From Elusimicrobia bacterium GWB2_63_16 (lineage in GTDB: Bacteria > Elusimicrobiota > Elusimicrobia > Elusimicrobiales > UBA9959): a stretch of 64,000 nucleotides of DNA. Location of the stretch: positions 17,082-81,081 of the forward strand of contig MGTZ01000009.1 in NCBI GenBank assembly GCA_001799715.1, written 5' to 3'. The position numbers and the translations under genes were made by a program. The notes beneath the pieces are model-generated. The model was not told the DNA's origin and searched no databases. It saw only the letters and a program-made list of their open reading frames with translations. Positions 59,021-64,000 of the stretch are shown here, in pieces. How positions within the stretch are numbered: the first letter of the stretch is position 1; each line of letters opens with the position of its first letter.

Positions 59021-60391
59021 ATCCTTCTCGTGGTGCTTCTTCCAGGTCAGGGCCAGCAGCACTATGGCCAGCACGCAGGAGACCAACAGCAGCTTGAAGC
59101 CGCCGTCCCAGCCCCAGCGGTCCACCACGCGGCCTATGCCCACCTCGGCGATGACCGCGCCGAACATGTAGCCGAAGAAACCGGTAAAGCCCGCTGCTGT
59201 GCCGGCCGCCTTCTTGGGCACCATGTCCACGGCGCTGACGCCGATGAGCATGACGGGCCCGTAGATCAGGAAGCCGATGACGAACAGCGACAGCGAGTCC
59301 ACCCAGAAGCGCCCCGCCGGATTCTGCCAGTACACGTAGACGGCGACGGTGACGAACAGCATGTAGATCACCGAGACGGGCCCGCGCCGGCCGTGGAAGA
59401 ATTTGTCCGACGCCCAGCCGGCCAGCAGCGTGCCGGGGATGCCGGCCCACTCATAGACGAAGAACTGCCACCGCGCCGTGTCCTGCGGGCAGCCTTTCAC
59501 CGCGGTCAGGTAGGTGGGGGCCCAGTCCAGCACGCCGTAGCGTATCACATAGACGAAGATGTTGGCGATGGCGATGATCCAGAGCGGCTTGTTATTGAGC
59601 ACGTGCTCGAACAGGATCTCCTTGGCCGTCATCTCGCGCTCCGGGTCGGCCACGCCGGTGTCGGGGTTGTCGCCGGTATGCTCCTCGATGGACGGCAGGC
59701 CGCAGCTCTGCGGGGTGTCGCGCAGGAAGGTGGCGATGAGCAGGCCCATGCCGATGGCCATCAGGGCCGGCACGTAGAAGATCAGGTAGAACGGCAATTT
59801 TCCGTCGCCGGTGACGGCCGCCAGGCCGGCTATGGCCGCCAGCGCTAGCGCGCCGTTGATGATGGGGCCCACTATGCCGCCGCCCACGTTGTGCGCCAGG
59901 TTCCAGAAAGCGAACTTGGTGCCGCGCTCGTCGTCGGAGAACCAGTGCGTCAGCGTGCGCGCGCAAGGGGCCCAGCCCATGCCCTGCGCCCAGCCGTTGA
60001 CGAACCACAGCGCGAACATGGCCCACAGCGAACCGGCCAGCGTCGGGAACAGCAGGTTCACCGCGCCGGAGAGGATCAGGCCGGTGGCCATGAAGTAGCG
60101 CGGGTTGGAGCGGTCCGAAACGTTGCCCATCACGAACTTGCTCAGGCCGTAGGCTATGGCCAGGCCCGTGGCTATCAGGCCCACGTCGCCCTTGGTGAAG
60201 CCGTATTCGTTGATCAGGTAGGGTTTGGCCAGCGAGAAGTTCTTGCGCACCAGGTAGAACCCGGCGTAACCGAAGAAGATGGAGAGCATCATCTGCCAGC
60301 GCAGCGCCTTGTAGCGGGCGGCGTGGGCTTCCTTGGGCAGGCGCTCTATGTGCGCCGCGGGTTTGTAGATGCTTAAGAGTCCGGAGATCAT
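59018..60391 (-). CDS. glpT: MFS organophosphate:phosphate antiporter (glycerol-3-phosphate transporter type)
   Basis: FFGYAGFYLVRKNFSLAKPYL and GNVSDRSNPR motifs typical of GlpT/UhpT. The start is taken at MISGL (60391) to avoid overlap with the upstream gene. Confidence 0.8.
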   Translation of the reverse strand: MISGLLSIYKPAAHIERLPKEAHAARYKALRWQMMLSIFFGYAGFYLVRKNFSLAKPYLINEYGFTKGDVGLIATGLAIAYGLSKFVMGNVSDRSNPRYFMATGLILSGAVNLLFPTLAGSLWAMFALWFVNGWAQGMGWAPCARTLTHWFSDDERGTKFAFWNLAHNVGGGIVGPIINGALALAAIAGLAAVTGDGKLPFYLIFYVPALMAIGMGLLIATFLRDTPQSCGLPSIEEHTGDNPDTGVADPEREMTAKEILFEHVLNNKPLWIIAIANIFVYVIRYGVLDWAPTYLTAVKGCPQDTARWQFFVYEWAGIPGTLLAGWASDKFFHGRRGPVSVIYMLFVTVAVYVYWQNPAGRFWVDSLSLFVIGFLIYGPVMLIGVSAVDMVPKKAAGTAAGFTGFFGYMFGAVIAEVGIGRVVDRWGWDGGFKLLLVSCVLAIVLLALTWKKHHEKD

Positions 60392-60399
60392 GTTGTCCT

Positions 60400-61695
60400 T
60401 TATTTTCCAGTTTCGCAGGCGCATTCGGCCTTGTCCTGCTCCTCGCCGCCGCCGAAAGAGAGGATGAGGTTCAGCGCCACGGCCAGTACGGTGCCGAAGG
60501 CGATGCCGGCTATGTTGAGGCCGTTGACGGTGAAGCCTTTCACGCCGAGGCCGGTGGCGACGATGATGGAGGAGCCCGCGATGATGAGGTTCTTATGCGA
60601 GCAGAAGTCCACCCGGGCGTCCATCCAGATCTTGATTCCCATCACGGCTATCAGGCCGTAGAGTATCACCGTCACGCCGCCCAGCACCGGGGCCGGGATG
60701 CTCTGTATGACCGCACCGAACTTGGGGCAGAGGCCGAGCAGCAGGGCTATGCAAGCCGCCGCGATGAAGTTATACACGCTGAAGACGCGGGTGATGGCCA
60801 TCACGCCCATGTTCTCGGCGTAGGTGGTCTGCGGCGTGCCGCCGCCCAGCGCGGCGACGAAGGTGGCCGCGGCGTCGCCCAGGTAGGCGCGGCCCAGGTG
60901 GGGGTTGAGGTCGCGCTTCATGTATCCGCCGATGGCCTCGATATGGCCCTTGTTCTCGGCCACCAGCACCACGAACACCGGCGCTATCACCAAGATGGCC
61001 TGCCAGTTGAAAGCGGGCGCGGTGAAAGGCGGCAGGCCTATCCAGGCGGCGCTGCGCACGGCCTCCAGGCTGGCCAGGTCTATGAGGCCCAGCGCGAATG
61101 CGAGGGTGTAGCCGGCCACGACGCCGGTGAGTATGGGCAGCAGGCGGATGAACCCCCTGAGGTAGATGGAGACCGACGCGGCCGTGACGAAGGTGACCGC
61201 CGCCACCAGCAGGCGGACCGCGTCGTCGCGGGTGGCCAGGCGGAAGTCGGCGTTGAGGAAGTTGGATACCGCCGAAGAGGAGAGGTTGAGGCCGATGATG
61301 GCCACCACTGCCCCGGTCACTATGGGCGGCATCAGGCGGTCTATCCAGCCCGATCCATAGCGCACGGTGGCGGCGCCCGCCAGGGCGTACAGCACGGCCG
61401 CGCCGGCTATGCCCGAGAGCGCCAGCGGTATGTTCTCGGCCAGGCCGCCGGTGACGGCCAATACGGGGCCGATGAAGGCGAAGGAGGAGCCGAGGTAGCT
61501 GGGCACCTTGGCGCGCGTGACGGCTATGAAGATCAGCGTGCCTATGCCGGAGAAGAAAATGGCGGTCTGCGGGTTGAAGCCCATCAGTATGGGGGCCAGC
61601 ACCGTGGCCCCGAACATGGCCACCACATGCTGCATGCCCATCGGTACCAGGCGGGCCAGCGGCAGCTTGTCCTCAGGGTAATAAATCTTTTGCAT
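60400..61695 (-). CDS. NCS2-family nucleobase permease (uracil/xanthine type)
   Basis: GMQHVVAMFGATVLAPILMG N-terminal signature with about 13 TM helices. Confidence 0.8.
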   Translation of the reverse strand: MQKIYYPEDKLPLARLVPMGMQHVVAMFGATVLAPILMGFNPQTAIFFSGIGTLIFIAVTRAKVPSYLGSSFAFIGPVLAVTGGLAENIPLALSGIAGAAVLYALAGAATVRYGSGWIDRLMPPIVTGAVVAIIGLNLSSSAVSNFLNADFRLATRDDAVRLLVAAVTFVTAASVSIYLRGFIRLLPILTGVVAGYTLAFALGLIDLASLEAVRSAAWIGLPPFTAPAFNWQAILVIAPVFVVLVAENKGHIEAIGGYMKRDLNPHLGRAYLGDAAATFVAALGGGTPQTTYAENMGVMAITRVFSVYNFIAAACIALLLGLCPKFGAVIQSIPAPVLGGVTVILYGLIAVMGIKIWMDARVDFCSHKNLIIAGSSIIVATGLGVKGFTVNGLNIAGIAFGTVLAVALNLILSFGGGEEQDKAECACETGK

Positions 61696-61779
61696 GAATC
61701 AATAATAATATTAATAGGTCTGCAGCGTAAAGCGGGTTTTACGGCAGGGCGGGCTATATAGTAAACTCTAATTCGGGGT

Positions 61780-62064
61780 ATGAAAAAATTAATTCCGTTG
61801 ATATTTGCGCTGGCTTGCGCCGCCTGCCTGCCGCCGGCCAAAACTCCTCCTCCGCCTCCGATAAAGACGGCGGCGCCGGCGCGCCTTACCCCCGAGCAGG
61901 CTAAGAAAGTGGAGCAGCTGTATTACAAGGCCGTGGGCGCCTACAGCCGCAACGACATGACCGCCGCCAACGCCCACCTCAAAGAGATACTCGTCCTCAA
62001 TCCTTACCACAAGCCCGCCCTTGAATTGCGGGAAAAAATACGCCTTGCCACCGGGCGCAACTAA
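61780..62064 (+). CDS. Small lipoprotein with one TPR-like helix pair
   Basis: Lipobox region LIFALACAAC, a Pro-rich linker and YYKAVGAYSRNDMTAANAHLKEILVLNP. Confidence 0.55.
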   Translation: MKKLIPLIFALACAACLPPAKTPPPPPIKTAAPARLTPEQAKKVEQLYYKAVGAYSRNDMTAANAHLKEILVLNPYHKPALELREKIRLATGRN

Positions 62065-62077
62065 GGCCGCCGGGAAT

Positions 62078-63433
62078 ATGAAACTCAAACAGTACAGGGA
62101 GACCGTGGTAAACGTCGTCCTGGCGCTGTCCCTGCTTATCCTGCTCGTGATCGCCGGCGTCTCGGGCCTTATCCTGGAATCCGAAAAGAATTCGACCTTC
62201 GACGCCATGCGCCAGCGCGCGGACCTGTTCGCCGCCAGGGCCGGTGCGGCCCTGTTCCCGCGCACCGATCCCTTCGCGCTCCACTTCCTGGTTAACACGG
62301 TCATGCTGGACAAGGCGGTCGGTTCCGCCGCAGTGCACCGACAGGACGGCACCATCCGCTCCCACTCGGACCCGGAAAGGATAGGCGACCGCGACAAGGG
62401 CCCGGAGAGCGGGGCGGCCAGGAGCGCCAAGGGCGCGCTCACGCAGGCCTACAAGGACGCCGAGGGCCGCGAAGGTTACTATTTCTCCAGCCCCATAACG
62501 GTGGGCCAGCGGCGCCTGGGTACCGTCGCAGTGACGGTGTCCGAGGAGAAGCTGGACGAGCTGCTGGGCCCCATCAGGCAGAAACTGCTCTTCATTTTCC
62601 TCGCGGCCCTGGCGGCCATACCGGTGTTGCTGCAGCTGCGCTACCTGCTGCGCGCCGAGCAGCGCTCGGCCGCCATGAAGTCCGCCATGATGCGCACCGT
62701 CAGCCACGAGTTCAACAACGCCATCACCGTCATAGACGCCGCGGTGTTCATGCTCAACGAGACCGAGCCGGACAAAAAAAACTCCCGCCGGGCCGGCCTC
62801 TACGACACGCTGAAGTTCGAGACCAAGTCGCTGGGCCGCTACGTCAAGAATATTCTCAACGAGGCCAGGATGGAGTCGGGGCGTTTCAAGGTGGAAAAGA
62901 AGGAACTGGCGCTGCGCGACCTGGTGTCGCGCGCGGTCAACTCCATGGAAGGCCTGATGCGGCAGAAGAACGTCACTTTCCGCCTGGACATCCCGGGCAA
63001 GCCGGTTCCGGTCTTCGCCGACCCGGAAGCCATGTCTCTGGTCATCTCCAATCTGATTGGCAACGCGGTTAAGTACGTGCCGCCCGGCGGCAGCGTGCTG
63101 GTGCGGTTGGCAGCGGACCAGGCCAGCCCCGGCAGTGTCTCGTTCTACGTGGAGAACAGCGGACACGGTATAAAGCCGGAAGATATAAAGAAGCTGAAGC
63201 AGGAGTTTTACCGCACCGAGGACGCCAAGGCCGCGGCCTCCGGCTTCGGCCTGGGCCTTCGCATCTCCAACGAGATGCTGCAACTGCACGGCAGCGAGCT
63301 GGAGATAACCAGCGAGGTGGGCAAGTATTCGGCTTTCTCCTTCACGCTGCCGGCGGCGGAACAGGTCTTGCGGCCCGCCGCCGCGCCCGCGCCCGTTCTC
63401 CCGGCGCCGGCGAAGAAGAAGGGGAAAGGCTAG
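62078..63433 (+). CDS. Membrane-bound sensor histidine kinase
   Basis: Two TM helices flank a periplasmic domain. H-box VSHEFNNAIT, N-box NLIGNAVKY and G-boxes (GHGI, GFGLGL). The start is trimmed from the track ORF at 62021. Confidence 0.8.
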   Translation: MKLKQYRETVVNVVLALSLLILLVIAGVSGLILESEKNSTFDAMRQRADLFAARAGAALFPRTDPFALHFLVNTVMLDKAVGSAAVHRQDGTIRSHSDPERIGDRDKGPESGAARSAKGALTQAYKDAEGREGYYFSSPITVGQRRLGTVAVTVSEEKLDELLGPIRQKLLFIFLAALAAIPVLLQLRYLLRAEQRSAAMKSAMMRTVSHEFNNAITVIDAAVFMLNETEPDKKNSRRAGLYDTLKFETKSLGRYVKNILNEARMESGRFKVEKKELALRDLVSRAVNSMEGLMRQKNVTFRLDIPGKPVPVFADPEAMSLVISNLIGNAVKYVPPGGSVLVRLAADQASPGSVSFYVENSGHGIKPEDIKKLKQEFYRTEDAKAAASGFGLGLRISNEMLQLHGSELEITSEVGKYSAFSFTLPAAEQVLRPAAAPAPVLPAPAKKKGKG

Positions 63434-63723
63434 AAGCCAAGCAAATGGCGCAAGGCCAGCAGCGGGCGCCGGAGCGCCAGGCGCGGCCCGGCATAGCGCA
63501 TAACCTCGCGGACGCGCTCGCGCATGGCCGGCGAGTAGCAGTGGACGGGGCAATCCTTGCAGGCGGGCTTGGGATGCTGCGGGCAGAGCCGCAGCCGTTC
63601 GGCGGAGTACTCCAGCAGTTCGCGGCAGCCTGCGCAAAGCGGCCGCCCGCCGTGCGCGGCGCGGCAGTAGAGTTGGAGCATCTTCTCCAGGGTTTCCAGT
63701 TCTGCGCGAACGCTGCGCTTCAT
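63430..63723 (-). CDS. Nitrous-oxide-stimulated-promoter (YgbA-like) family Cys-rich protein
   Basis: LYCRAAHG...CAGCREL...LCPQHPKPACKDCPVHCY pattern, 97 aa. Confidence 0.65.
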   Translation of the reverse strand: MKRSVRAELETLEKMLQLYCRAAHGGRPLCAGCRELLEYSAERLRLCPQHPKPACKDCPVHCYSPAMRERVREVMRYAGPRLALRRPLLALRHLLGF

Positions 63724-63769
63724 GCGGCCTCCGTGACTATCTTATAAAACCTGAGGGCGGGGAAAATAT

Positions 63770-64000
63770 ATGGCTAACGACAAAAGGCGCGCGCGGCGCG
63801 ACCGGCACGACTCGGTGATAGAGATCTTCGGCGCGGACGGCCGGCTGGAAGGCACGGGCCGCCTGGCCGATTTCTCGGAGTCCGGAGTCTCTTTCTCTTC
63901 GGAAGAGACCTTCCCGAAAGGGGAAAGGGTCAAGGCCCGCCTGCGCTTGCTGCACAAGGGCGTACTGGACGTTACCGGCGAAATAGTCTGGGTGCGCGGC
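63770..64000 (+). CDS. PilZ-domain protein (5' part; runs off the window)
   Basis: The ATG at 63770 opens a frame that stays open to base 64000, so it has no stop and is not in the track. RRARRDR and DFSESG match the PilZ RxxxR / DxSxxG c-di-GMP motifs. Confidence 0.6.
   Translation, partial: MANDKRRARRDRHDSVIEIFGADGRLEGTGRLADFSESGVSFSSEETFPKGERVKARLRLLHKGVLDVTGEIVWVRG

Overview
High-GC (roughly two-thirds G+C by eye) chromosomal segment from a bacterium with an outer membrane (TonB-dependent receptors, TolC, FadL-type porin, KdsC), probably an anaerobe. I cannot name the lineage from sequence alone. I call about 80 protein-coding genes. They are densely packed and often translationally coupled through ATGA/TAATG/TGATG overlaps. 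The many long track ORFs antisense to these genes are high-GC artefacts. I recognised no rRNA, tRNA, CRISPR array, transposase, integrase or phage gene. Housekeeping content: an epimerase-kdsC-ccdA operon, an SPFH protein, four parS-like sites in front of parA-parB, asd, an ABC-F ATPase, TatD, TcdA, a GlpQ-like enzyme and GlpT, an NCS2 permease and a histidine kinase. Four regions stand out. (1) 10.5-18.7 kb: an ArsR-gated operon joining TusA, a split Qmo-like redox module (MvhD-like, two HdrA-like, QmoC-like), two DsrE-family proteins, a CGGC protein and a FadL-type outer-membrane channel, with no Apr/Sat/Dsr/HdrB partner in the window. This is my best candidate for an undescribed system. (2) 23.3-40.5 kb: a metal block in which two NikR paralogs (one canonical, one without the Ni ligands) each precede a TonB-dependent receptor. 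They flank an island of DUF134, NifX-like, ferredoxin-MinD, IscU-like, ZIP, radical-SAM and Mrp genes controlled by a Fur-family regulator with two near-identical operators. (3) 40.8-43.8 kb: a Znu-like locus with a His-rich outer-membrane protein but no ATPase gene. (4) 47.0-51.8 kb: a TolC-RND pair with no adaptor gene. Non-coding structure includes a roughly 135-nt palindromic element present twice inside operons, a REP/BIME-like triple repeat, a perfect 19-bp intra-operon hairpin, several operator palindromes and a G10 tract. All family calls rest on motif recognition by eye. No database search or computation was run.
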